A DNA stretch of 64,000 nucleotides from an uncultured Acidobacteriota bacterium (lineage in GTDB: Bacteria > Acidobacteriota > Thermoanaerobaculia > Multivoradales > UBA5704): positions 4,192,001-4,256,000 of the forward strand of contig CAVYRF010000002.1 in NCBI GenBank assembly GCA_963770895.1, in the 5' to 3' direction. Below the pieces are notes generated by a model. The model saw only the letters and a program-made list of their open reading frames with translations, searched no databases and was not told where the DNA came from. A program made the position numbers and the translations under genes. Below are positions 36,424 through 45,479 of the stretch, piece after piece (position 1 is the stretch's first letter; every line of letters begins with the position of its first letter).

Positions 36424-38532
36424 CTACTTGTGCTTTTCGGCCGACAGCAGCTTGAGCGCGTCGATCGGGCGCCGGTCTGGCGCCATCATCTTGATCGCCC
36501 GGCGCAGCAGCCCTTCGGCTTCGTCGCGCTTGCCCATCTGGCGGTGGATCTCCCCCGAGTAGTAGACGGCGAGGCCGCAGCGGGGGTCTCGCCGCAGGGT
36601 GTCCTGCAGGTCCTTGATCGCCCGGGCGCCCTGGCCCGGCGCGATGCAGAAGCGGCAGTATGCCAGCTCGGCGCTGTACAGGCCGTTGGCCGGATCGCAG
36701 TCGGAGGCGAACTCCAGCAGCAGGGCGGCATCCTGGAACTTGCCGGCTTCCATCAGGGCCTGCCCCTTGCGGTACTGCACCTCGGGATCGAGCAGGTCGG
36801 TCTTGATCGCCAGCCCGTCGCCGGCGGGCGGCCGCTTGGAGCGCTCTTCACGCGCGGTGCGGCGGCGGAACAGCAGCACGTTGCGCCGCTCCAGGTCGAG
36901 CAGCTCGACGTAGGCGCGGGCGCCGGCCAGGAACAGGTCGCTCACCTTCTCTTCCATGTCGGCCATGCCCGGCTGGCGCATCGTCCAGGGCGCGAAGCGC
37001 TGGGCGAAATCCAGGTAGCGGCTTTCGATCGCGGCCGGGGAGGCGTCCTCGTCGGTGCCGAGCAGGTCGAAGGCGTCCAGGCGGCGATAGGAGAGGTAGG
37101 ACTGCATGATCTCGTTGCGCCGCCGCTCCAGCGCCGGCGGCAGCTCCGCCGGCGACGCCGGTTCGGCCGGCGTGGGGACCTCCTGCGTGCCGGTCGGCAG
37201 CTCCTCCGGCGCCAGGGGCAGCGGCGGCGGGATGGCGATCGCGCGCGTTGCCGTCGACGCGACCCGCAGCGGCGACCGGGCGGCGGCGCGGGGGCCGGCG
37301 TCGGGCGGGGCGGGCCTGAGCGCGGCGCCGGCCGGCGCCGCGATTGCCGTCGGCGCGGTCGGCGCGGTCGGCCTGGCGGCGGTGGGGGCCGCATGCGCGT
37401 CGGCCGCCGTCGCGGCCGGCAACGGTGCCGCGAGCGGGGGCGCATCGGCAGGTCTGGCGGCGGGGGCCGGGGGAGCGTCTACCGCGGCCACGGTCGCGGC
37501 CGGGAAGGGCACCGCGTGCGGGGACGCTTCGGCGGGCCTGTCGGCGCCGCCGGCATCCGGCGCCGGCGGCGCGTCCACCCCGACCGGCGCGCTGCCCGGC
37601 TTCTGGGCGGCACCCCCCGGCGCGCCGGTAGCCGGCGCGGCTCCCTGGCCCGCGGGTGCTGCCTGCGATGGGGCGGCGGCGGCGTTGGGATTGGGGTTGG
37701 TCAGGCGGGCGGCGCGCAGCGCGGCCTTGGCCGCCGGGTGGTCTTCGGTGACGACGGCGCCGAGCACGGACAGGGCGTACAGCAGGCGGGTCAGCTCCTC
37801 GAACGGCATGCCGGTGCCCAGCGCCAGCTCGTCGATGCGCCAGCCCGAGCGCAGGGCCACCGCGACCTGTCCCTGGCGCTGGTTGAGGCGGATCTCCTCC
37901 AGGGGGTAGGGCGGGTCGGGATGCAGGCAGAGCTTCTTGCCCACCAGCGGCACGACGCCGGCGTCGACTTCCTCCTGCTGGGCGAATTTGGTGATGCCGG
38001 TGACGATGAGCTGCGGCACCCGCACCTTGAGCGAGGATTCCGGGTGCGGCATCTCGTCGTGGACGCGGAATTCGCCGTCGCGCCAGCTGAAGACGTCCAG
38101 CAGCTTCTTGGCGAGGTTCTGCTGCAGCAGCTTGTACAGCTCTTCGGCGGTGACGACGCCGTTGTCGAGCAGAACTTCGCCGAGCGGCAGGCCCTTGGCC
38201 GCCGACTGGCCTAGATAGGAATGCAGGTCTTCCGGGACGATCTTGCCCAGGCCGACCATGAAGCGGCCCAGCGTTTCGTGCACCAGGTTGGAGCGGCAGT
38301 CGATCGGCACGCCATGCTCGAGCATGATGCGCTTGGACATCTGCTTGCGCCGCACTTCCAGCACCAACGTCCGCCGCTCCACCGCCAGAGCCAGCAGCAG
38401 CGCGCCGAAAGGCACCTCCGCCAGGCTGCCGGCACGCAGTTGGGAAACCTGCTGCAACTGCTCAGGGGTCGGGATCAACAGAAGCCTCGCGAAGTCAAGA
38501 ATCCAATGCTGGCCGGAGGCTACCTGCTGCAC
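36424..38532 (-). CDS. DUF4388-like + Pro/Ala linker + degenerate J-domain + TPR protein
   Basis: GSLAEVPFGALL...SNLVHETLGRFM...FSWRDGEF; FDLLGTDEDAS...RY...FAPW; C-terminal TPRs; start uncertain (possibly TTG 38478). Confidence 0.72.
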   Translation of the reverse strand: MQQVASGQHWILDFARLLLIPTPEQLQQVSQLRAGSLAEVPFGALLLALAVERRTLVLEVRRKQMSKRIMLEHGVPIDCRSNLVHETLGRFMVGLGKIVPEDLHSYLGQSAAKGLPLGEVLLDNGVVTAEELYKLLQQNLAKKLLDVFSWRDGEFRVHDEMPHPESSLKVRVPQLIVTGITKFAQQEEVDAGVVPLVGKKLCLHPDPPYPLEEIRLNQRQGQVAVALRSGWRIDELALGTGMPFEELTRLLYALSVLGAVVTEDHPAAKAALRAARLTNPNPNAAAAPSQAAPAGQGAAPATGAPGGAAQKPGSAPVGVDAPPAPDAGGADRPAEASPHAVPFPAATVAAVDAPPAPAARPADAPPLAAPLPAATAADAHAAPTAARPTAPTAPTAIAAPAGAALRPAPPDAGPRAAARSPLRVASTATRAIAIPPPLPLAPEELPTGTQEVPTPAEPASPAELPPALERRRNEIMQSYLSYRRLDAFDLLGTDEDASPAAIESRYLDFAQRFAPWTMRQPGMADMEEKVSDLFLAGARAYVELLDLERRNVLLFRRRTAREERSKRPPAGDGLAIKTDLLDPEVQYRKGQALMEAGKFQDAALLLEFASDCDPANGLYSAELAYCRFCIAPGQGARAIKDLQDTLRRDPRCGLAVYYSGEIHRQMGKRDEAEGLLRRAIKMMAPDRRPIDALKLLSAEKHK

Positions 38533-38770
38533 CCGGAGCTGTCAATTGCGGCCGCGATCCCGCTCCGCAAAGCGCGGGGCGGAAACGGCGTAGGAGCTCC
38601 TTTGGTGTGGGGGTACTGGACTAGCTTTCATAGATTCACATACTACGATAGGGTATGGACTCCTAAGGAGCGCAGGGTGGCTGTGCGTCCCATGCGAAGT
38701 TAGGAACATTGCGAAATAATGCGTGAAGGCTCGCGACGGCTTGCCGTTGCGAAAAGGAAGGGGGTTGCGA

Positions 38771-39580
38771 ATGAAGCACGGTGCTGCACTGACGGTCGCA
38801 GCGCTCTCCAGTCTCCTGCTTTTCCCACCTGGGGCAGAGGCCCGACAGGACGCTTCTCGGCCGCAACCACGTCCACCCAGTGATATTGGAGCCACGCCAG
38901 GCCATCTCCCCAAGGTGCACTACGTTCCCAGCAGGGCACCCGAGATGACTTACCCGGTATGGGTCGATGCCTCCTTGGTCTTCAACCAGGACGGCTCAGT
39001 GAACACCACACTCGTCCATCCTCAAGGAGCTCGGGAGATCCAGGCCATAAAGGCCATCCCACCAGCGAACGGGTGCACGCCTGTAGGCATCTACTTTCAG
39101 GACATTCTGGGCCTCCTTCCGCGAACGAGCCCGGAACAGGCGGTCCAGGCGTCCCGGCTGGTCATTCTTGGCAAGGTCACCGAGAAGTCCTACGGCCTGC
39201 ACGTAGACACGCCGGGACAGCTTCTACGCGTCGTGCCAGAGGAAGTCATCAAGGGCCGGCCGCGCAATGTCGATGCCTACTTTGTCTTCCTGCCACTGGG
39301 CACGTTCACGATGGGCGGTCTCAAGATTTGCAAGACGGACAGCCGCTACCCTGATCCACCGTTGGTAGGTGAGGAGGTGCTGCTGTTTGTTCCTTTCCAG
39401 GAGGAGGACCAGGCCGAGCCCTATCTCGAAATCCAGGATGGGGAGGGAATCATAACCCTCCATGCCGGCGGTGCTACCAGCCTGCCAAAGCGCTTCCAGT
39501 CTGACAAAGTGTCTACATCCATCACCAGAGATGCTCTCCTCGATCGAGTCCGGTCCGCGGCCGCAAAGGAGGGGCATTAA
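38771..39580 (+). CDS. Secreted hypothetical protein, probable OB/TIMP-like fold
   Basis: Signal peptide ending AEA; AVQASRLVILGKV, EEVIKG, GEEVLLF; lower-GC codon usage; RBS AGGAAGGGGG. Confidence 0.6.
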   Translation: MKHGAALTVAALSSLLLFPPGAEARQDASRPQPRPPSDIGATPGHLPKVHYVPSRAPEMTYPVWVDASLVFNQDGSVNTTLVHPQGAREIQAIKAIPPANGCTPVGIYFQDILGLLPRTSPEQAVQASRLVILGKVTEKSYGLHVDTPGQLLRVVPEEVIKGRPRNVDAYFVFLPLGTFTMGGLKICKTDSRYPDPPLVGEEVLLFVPFQEEDQAEPYLEIQDGEGIITLHAGGATSLPKRFQSDKVSTSITRDALLDRVRSAAAKEGH

Positions 39581-39581
39581 C

Positions 39582-40406
39582 ATGACTCCCGCGGCGCTGA
39601 TGGTGCTGGCAATGGTTCAGGGCATGCAGACCGAGGCGGCCGCCTCCCCATGCGTAAGTTCAATCTATACCTCGCCGCTTTATAGTCCCGCGGCCTGGCA
39701 GCTGGTGCCAGACAGCACCGTCCCGCCGGGCTTGGTAGACGCGGCCGAAGCCGCTTGGAATAGTCCCTCCTGCAACACCAGCGGCACTGCCTTCCCCATG
39801 TTTACAACGAGTCCAAGCGCGGGATCGAAACCAGTTCCGGTGACCTATGTCAATGGCTTGAATCCATCGAACCCCCGCTCCTGCGGTCAGACCGCACCCA
39901 GCGGGATAACAATTTACTCACAGGCAAAGATGCCAAGCGGAACAACGGCAAGCTGCGGCAGCGGAAACGTCCAGACTCAGACTTTGGAGCACGAGCTGGG
40001 GCATCAGCTCGGGCTCGCTGACAGCAGCTGTGCAGGCTACATCATGTCTCAGGTGGCGTATCCGCCACAGACGGGATCCATTCCGCCTCAGCCCATGCCG
40101 CGAGCGATTCAAGGGGCCGAATGCAGCGAGGCCAACCAGATCAACATCACGCCGGCAGAGCAGCCGCCCCCGCCCCCGCCACCGAATCAATGTCCACCAG
40201 AGTGCCAATGCCCGCCGAGCTGCCTGAGTGGCTGCGACGTCAATGGCGTTTGCAAGGACAATCCCTGCGACACGGATCCAACGTCGCCGCAGTGCGGCGG
40301 TGACGGCGGCGGCAGTCCATGCGATGCGGATCATCCCTGCGACGACGGCGTCCTCTCTTCGCCGCCTCCTTTGGGGCGGCTCAGCTTCAACGTCTGTAAG
40401 CTTTGA
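39582..40406 (+). CDS. Metzincin-type zinc metalloprotease with Pro/Cys-rich tail
   Basis: HELGHQLGLAD (HExxHxxGxxD), Met-turn YIMS, Cys-rich C-terminus; RBS AAGGAGG. Confidence 0.78.
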   Translation: MTPAALMVLAMVQGMQTEAAASPCVSSIYTSPLYSPAAWQLVPDSTVPPGLVDAAEAAWNSPSCNTSGTAFPMFTTSPSAGSKPVPVTYVNGLNPSNPRSCGQTAPSGITIYSQAKMPSGTTASCGSGNVQTQTLEHELGHQLGLADSSCAGYIMSQVAYPPQTGSIPPQPMPRAIQGAECSEANQINITPAEQPPPPPPPNQCPPECQCPPSCLSGCDVNGVCKDNPCDTDPTSPQCGGDGGGSPCDADHPCDDGVLSSPPPLGRLSFNVCKL

Positions 40407-40498
40407 CTTTGCAGACTGTCGCCCCGCTCCACCAACGACGAACAAGGTCACTACCGCCTTGCCGGGCTCGGGCTCAGGGCCGGCGGATCTACGATAGG

Positions 40499-42040
40499 AT
40501 GAGCGCACACATGCTAGCGGGCGAAACCACGACGGGCGGCAGCGCCCCGGCGGCGGCAGGTCCGGCGCGCAAGCCGGAAGGGTGGCGCGGCCCGGACGTG
40601 CTGCGCGCGGCGGCGCTGGTGTTCGGCCTGTACTTTGCGCTGCAGCTGATCTGGCTGGTCCACCCGGTCGTGCTGACGGGCTTCATCGGCCTGCTGTTCG
40701 GCCTGGCGGTGGCGCGCGGCGCCGACCTGCTGGAGCGCTTCAAGGTGCCGCGCGGGATCGCGGCGGCGCTGATCGTGCTGGCCACCTACGCGGCGTTGGT
40801 CGGCGTCCTGGCCATCGCCGCGCCGACCCTGGGCAAGCAGTTCGGCGAGCTGCGCGCCAAGCTGCCGCAGGCGATGGACCGCGTGGACCAATGGATCGCC
40901 GCCAACAAGGGCAACGTGTGGGGCCAGATGTTCGCCAGCCCCGAACCGGGTGGCCAGCAGGCTGCCGCGCCGGCCAGCGCCCTGCCGGCGCCGACCCCCG
41001 CCAGCCGCGACGCCGGACACGGCGCGGCGCACGCCGGCCGGTCGGCCAAGGGGGCGTCGAAGGCAGGGAGCCCCCCGCCGGCCCCCCAGGGGTCAGCGCC
41101 TGAGGGGGCCCCGCCCGGCCCGCAAGCGGCTGGGGCTGCAACGACGGGCGCACCCACGGGCGCGCCGGCTCCTGCGGGGGCAACGCCTGGCGCCCAACAA
41201 GGCGGAGCCGGTGCCTCGGCTGCTGCCGGCGGCGCCGCGGCCCCCGGCACGCCGCGCGCGGCGGGGGCCGCGGCGTCCGGCAAGCCGCCGGCCGGTGCGG
41301 GCACCCCCGCGCCTGGAGCGCCGCCAGCCGGCGGCGCGATGTCGCCGGCGGCCGCGCCGTCGCCGTTGCGGACGCGGCTGGCGCAGCAGCTGGGGGCGGC
41401 AACGCGGTACCTGTTCCCGTTCCTGTCGTCGACGGTCGAAGTGCTGGCGGGCCTGCTGCTGATCACCTTTGTGGCGATCTATTTCGGCGTCGATCCCGAC
41501 CTGTATCGCCGCGGGTTGCTGCACCTGGTGCCGCACGCCAGCCGCGAGCGGGCTTCGGAGGTGGTGGCGGCGATCGGCGTGACGCTGCGGCGGTGGCTGA
41601 TGACCCAGCTGATCGCGATGGTGGTGATCGGCACGCTGGTCTGGGTGACGCTGGCGGTGATGGGCGTCGAGGCGGCGCTGTCGCTGGGCATCATCGCCGG
41701 CGTGCTGGAATTCATCCCCACGATCGGGCCGCTGCTCTCCGCGCTGCCGGCCATCGCCATGGGCTTCCTGGTGTCGCCCGAAAAGGCGCTGGCGGTGGCC
41801 ATCGCCTTCACCCTGGTGCAGATGATCGAAGGCCACGTGCTGATCCCGATGCTGATGAAGCGCGGCATGAACCTGCCGCCGCTGATCACCATCCTGGGGC
41901 AGGCCATCATGGCGGTGGTGTTCGGCTTCCTCGGCCTGCTGGTGGCCGTGCCGCTGGTGGCGATGATCCTGACCGCGGTGAAGATGCTCTACGTCAACGA
42001 CGTCATGGGCGACCAGGTGGCGACCGGCAGCCACCGTTAG
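40499..42040 (+). CDS. AI-2E family transporter with long low-complexity insert
   Basis: TM pattern, EFIPTIGPLL, VQMIEGHVLIP, GFLGLLVAVPL; Ala/Pro/Gly insert at about 40937-41365. Confidence 0.88.
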   Translation: MSAHMLAGETTTGGSAPAAAGPARKPEGWRGPDVLRAAALVFGLYFALQLIWLVHPVVLTGFIGLLFGLAVARGADLLERFKVPRGIAAALIVLATYAALVGVLAIAAPTLGKQFGELRAKLPQAMDRVDQWIAANKGNVWGQMFASPEPGGQQAAAPASALPAPTPASRDAGHGAAHAGRSAKGASKAGSPPPAPQGSAPEGAPPGPQAAGAATTGAPTGAPAPAGATPGAQQGGAGASAAAGGAAAPGTPRAAGAAASGKPPAGAGTPAPGAPPAGGAMSPAAAPSPLRTRLAQQLGAATRYLFPFLSSTVEVLAGLLLITFVAIYFGVDPDLYRRGLLHLVPHASRERASEVVAAIGVTLRRWLMTQLIAMVVIGTLVWVTLAVMGVEAALSLGIIAGVLEFIPTIGPLLSALPAIAMGFLVSPEKALAVAIAFTLVQMIEGHVLIPMLMKRGMNLPPLITILGQAIMAVVFGFLGLLVAVPLVAMILTAVKMLYVNDVMGDQVATGSHR

Positions 42041-42075
42041 CCGCCGCCGCCCCTTGCGGGCGCGGCACCCCCGCC

Positions 42076-42744
42076 ATGCCTGATTTCGCTCTGCCGGAGG
42101 CGGTGAAACCTCCGGTCCGGCCCCTGCGCGTGCTGCTGGTGGGGGACGATCCGCTGGCGCGCGGCGGCGTCGAGCACCTGCTGGCGGGCGAACCGGGCAT
42201 CGAGGTGGTGGCGCGGGCCGGCACCGGCACCGCGGCGGCCGCCTGGGGCGGCGAAGGCGCGGCCGCCATCGACGTCGCGGTCTGGGACGTGGGGGCGGAC
42301 GTGCCCGCCTGGCTCGAGCAGCTGGGCGAGCTGGGCGACGGCGCGCCGCCGGCGCTCGCCCTGGTGCGCGACGACCAGGACGCCGCCGCGATCCTCGCCG
42401 CCGGCGCCCAGGGATGCCTGTACCGCGACACCGACCCGGGGCGGCTGGCGGCGGCGCTGCGCGCGCTGGCGGGCGGCCTGGCGGTGTTCGAGGCGGCGAT
42501 GCTGCCGCGCCTGCTGCGGCCGGCGGCGGCGGCGCTGGCGCCGCCCGAGCCGCTGACGCCGCGCGAGATCGAGGTGCTGCAGCTGCTCGCCGCCGGGCTG
42601 TCCAACCGCCGCATCGCCGAACGTCTGGGGATCAGCGAGCACACCGCCAAGTTCCACGTCAACGCGATCGTCACCAAGCTGGGCGCCCAGACCCGCACCG
42701 ATGCCGCCATCCGCGCCGCGCGCCTGGGCCTGGTGCCGCTGTAG
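42076..42744 (+). CDS. NarL/LuxR-family response regulator (atypical receiver)
   Basis: VLLVGDDPLARGG, VWDV, LTPREIEVLQLLAAGLSNRRIAERLGISEHTAKFHV. Confidence 0.9.
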   Translation: MPDFALPEAVKPPVRPLRVLLVGDDPLARGGVEHLLAGEPGIEVVARAGTGTAAAAWGGEGAAAIDVAVWDVGADVPAWLEQLGELGDGAPPALALVRDDQDAAAILAAGAQGCLYRDTDPGRLAAALRALAGGLAVFEAAMLPRLLRPAAAALAPPEPLTPREIEVLQLLAAGLSNRRIAERLGISEHTAKFHVNAIVTKLGAQTRTDAAIRAARLGLVPL

Positions 42745-42765
42745 GCCGGCGCGCCGGCCTCGCCA

Positions 42766-42865
42766 GCCGATCGGGCGGGGTGGGTGCCCGGCCGATCGGG
42801 CAGGCGGCGCGCCGGCGCCACTGCCCGATCGGCGGATGCGCGGCGCCGGCGGCGGGGGCTACGCT
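42766..42865. promoter_or_regulatory. Repeated GCCGATCGGGC(AG) boxes and -10 upstream of the protease gene
   Basis: Copies at 42766-42776 and 42791-42803, inverted copy at 42821-42833; TACGCT at 42860-42865, 6 nt before ATG. Confidence 0.6.
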
Positions 42866-42871
42866 GCCGTC

Positions 42872-43804
42872 ATGAGCACACAGACTTCCAACTCGACCTC
42901 TTCGACGACATCTCCATCTCCCCTGTCCCAACTTTCCCAGGCGCTGGCCGACGCGGTGGCCGCGGCGGCGCCGTTCGCGGCGCAGGTCGACGGCGGGCGC
43001 CGCCTTTCGGCCAGCGGCACGGTGGTCGGCGCCGACGGCTTGATCGTGGCGGCAAGCCACAACGTGGAGCGCGACGACGACGTGACGGTCGGCCTGGACG
43101 GCGGGCGCCGTCTGCCGGCGAAGGTCGTGGGGCGCGACGAAAGCAACGACCTGGTGCTGCTGCGGGTCGAAGCCACGGGCCTGGCGGTGCCGGCCTGGGC
43201 CGACGTCGGTGGCGTGCGCGCCGGCGAGCTGGCGCTGGTTGTGGGCCGCCCCGGCCGCCAGCCGCGGGCGGCGCTGGCGATGATCAGCGACGTGCGCGAC
43301 GCGTGGCGCAGCCCCGCCGGCGGCGAGCTGGCGCGCTACATCGAGCTGGACGCGGCGCGCGAGCGCGGCTTTTCGGGCAGCCTGGTGGTGGGGGCGGCGG
43401 GCCAGCCGCTGGGCATCGCCACCAGCGGCTTGCTGCGCGGCCGCGGCATGGTGATCCCCGGCGCCAACCTGCAGCGCGTGGTGGAGGTGCTGCTGACCCA
43501 CGGCCGCATGCCGCGCGGCTTCCTGGGTCTCGCCGCGACGCCGGTACGCCTGCCGGACGCCCAGGCGGAGGCGCTGGGCCAGGCGGTGGCGCTCCTGGTG
43601 CTGAGCGTCCAGCCGGAAAGCCCGGCCTCCCAGGCCGGCCTGCTGCTCGGCGACGTGCTGCTGGCGATCGACGGCAAGTCGCTCGCCGACGTCAGCCAGC
43701 TGCACGCCCAGCTGGGCGGCGACCGCATCGGCAAACCCGTCACCCTGCGCGTCCTGCGCGGCGGCGAGCCGCGCGACCTGCAGGTCACCGTGGCGGCGCG
43801 CTAG
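42872..43804 (+). CDS. Cytoplasmic HtrA/S1C-like serine protease with PDZ domain
   Basis: ASH, NDLVLL, GFSG triad motifs; SPASQAGLLLGDVLLAIDG PDZ; no signal peptide. Confidence 0.85.
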   Translation: MSTQTSNSTSSTTSPSPLSQLSQALADAVAAAAPFAAQVDGGRRLSASGTVVGADGLIVAASHNVERDDDVTVGLDGGRRLPAKVVGRDESNDLVLLRVEATGLAVPAWADVGGVRAGELALVVGRPGRQPRAALAMISDVRDAWRSPAGGELARYIELDAARERGFSGSLVVGAAGQPLGIATSGLLRGRGMVIPGANLQRVVEVLLTHGRMPRGFLGLAATPVRLPDAQAEALGQAVALLVLSVQPESPASQAGLLLGDVLLAIDGKSLADVSQLHAQLGGDRIGKPVTLRVLRGGEPRDLQVTVAAR

Positions 43805-44020
43805 TGGCGGGACACTAGCTAGGCCTCCGCCTTCCATCGCAACTCCTGGTCGCCGGGCGGCAGCCGCTGCCCGGCGGCGATCGGCTGGGGCCGGCGACCG
43901 CAACCACCTTGTCGCCGGGTCGTGACGGTACCGCCCCTGGGGATGGGTGGTGGGGGTGGCATAGACTACGCCATCCGGCGTGCCGCCTTCGGCGCCTCGG
44001 CGTCGCGGGGAGTGTCCACC

Positions 44021-45421
44021 TTGGAGAGCGGTTTCGAGTACGATCTGGTCTGCATCGGCAGCGGACCCGCCGGCCAGCGCGCTGCCGTGCGGGCGGCCAA
44101 GCTCGGCAAACGGGTGGCGCTGGTGGAGCGCCGCCGCGTGGTGGGCGGGGTATGCATCGACACCGGCACCATTCCCAGCAAGACGTTTCGCGAGGCGGTG
44201 CTCGGCTTCGTCGGCCGCAACCGGCCGTTCGAGCAGGCGGCCGCCGGCCCGCCGCCGGCCCGCCCCAACGCCGCAGACCTGATGAGCCGCGTCGCCGACG
44301 TGATCGCGCGCGAATCGGCGGTGATCGAGAGCCAGCTGGCGCGCAACCAGGTGGAGGTCTTTCGCGGCGCGGCGCGCTTCGTCGATCCCCACACCCTGGC
44401 GGTCGACGCCGAGCAGGGCAGCCGCAGGGTGACCGCCGACAAGATCCTCATCGCCTGCGGCACCCGGCCGTCGCCGCCGCCAGGGGTGGCGGTGGACGGC
44501 GAAACGGTGATCACCAGCGACGACGTGATGATGCTCAAGCGCATCCCGCGCCAGATGGCGGTGGTGGGCGCGGGCGTCATCGGCATCGAGTACGCCTCGA
44601 TGTTTGCCGCGCTGGGCACCGCGGTGACGCTGGTGGACCGCCAGCGCCGGCCGCTGGAATTTCTCGACGGCGAGATCGTCGACGAGCTGATCCACCAGAT
44701 GCGCGACGCCAACGTCACCTTCCGCGGCGAAGAGGAGGTCGAGCGGCTGGAGGTCGACGCCGGCCCGCCGCGCCGGGCGGTGCTGCTGCTCAAGTCGGGC
44801 AAGCGGATCGTCTCCGACCTGGTGCTGTTTTCGATCGGCCGCATCGGCGCCACCGATTCGCTGGACCTGGCCGCCGCCGGCCTGACCGCCGACGTGCGCG
44901 GCCGTTTGAAGGTCGACGGCAGCTTCGCCACCGCGGTGCCGCACATCTTCGCCGCCGGCGACGTGCTGGGCTACCCGAGCCTGGCGGCCACCTCCAGCGA
45001 GCAGGGGCGCCTGGCCGCCGGCTGCGCCCTGGGGCTGCCGTCCAAGCCGCTGGCCGAGCACTTCCCCATCGGCATCTACGCCATCCCGGAAGTGTCGATG
45101 GTGGGGGCGACCGAGCAGGCGCTGACCGCCGCCAAGGTGCCCTACGAAGTGGGGGTGGCGCGCTACCGCGAGATCGCCCGCGGCCAGATCCTGGGCGACA
45201 ACAGCGGTTTCTTCAAGATGCTGTTCCACCGCGAGACGCGCGCTCTGCTGGGCGTGCACGTCATCGGCACCGGCGCCACCGAGCTGATCCACATCGGCCA
45301 GGCGGTGCTGGCGCTGGCGGGCGGGCTGGACTACTTCCTGGACGCGATCTTCAACTACCCGACGCTCGCCGAGTGCTACAAGGTCGCGGCCCTCGACGCG
45401 GCGAACAAGCTGGCCTGCTGA
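44021..45421 (+). CDS. sthA: Soluble pyridine nucleotide transhydrogenase
   Basis: IGSGPAG, GGVCIDTGTIPSK (CxxxxT), GAGVIGIEYAS, ELIHIGQAV, FNYPTLAECYKVAA; TTG start with GGGAG RBS. Confidence 0.92.
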   Translation: MESGFEYDLVCIGSGPAGQRAAVRAAKLGKRVALVERRRVVGGVCIDTGTIPSKTFREAVLGFVGRNRPFEQAAAGPPPARPNAADLMSRVADVIARESAVIESQLARNQVEVFRGAARFVDPHTLAVDAEQGSRRVTADKILIACGTRPSPPPGVAVDGETVITSDDVMMLKRIPRQMAVVGAGVIGIEYASMFAALGTAVTLVDRQRRPLEFLDGEIVDELIHQMRDANVTFRGEEEVERLEVDAGPPRRAVLLLKSGKRIVSDLVLFSIGRIGATDSLDLAAAGLTADVRGRLKVDGSFATAVPHIFAAGDVLGYPSLAATSSEQGRLAAGCALGLPSKPLAEHFPIGIYAIPEVSMVGATEQALTAAKVPYEVGVARYREIARGQILGDNSGFFKMLFHRETRALLGVHVIGTGATELIHIGQAVLALAGGLDYFLDAIFNYPTLAECYKVAALDAANKLAC

Positions 45422-45479
45422 GGCCGCCCCTGCCCATCCTGCGCCCTCGCCAGCGGCGGCCGGGCAACCGGGAGAGCAG

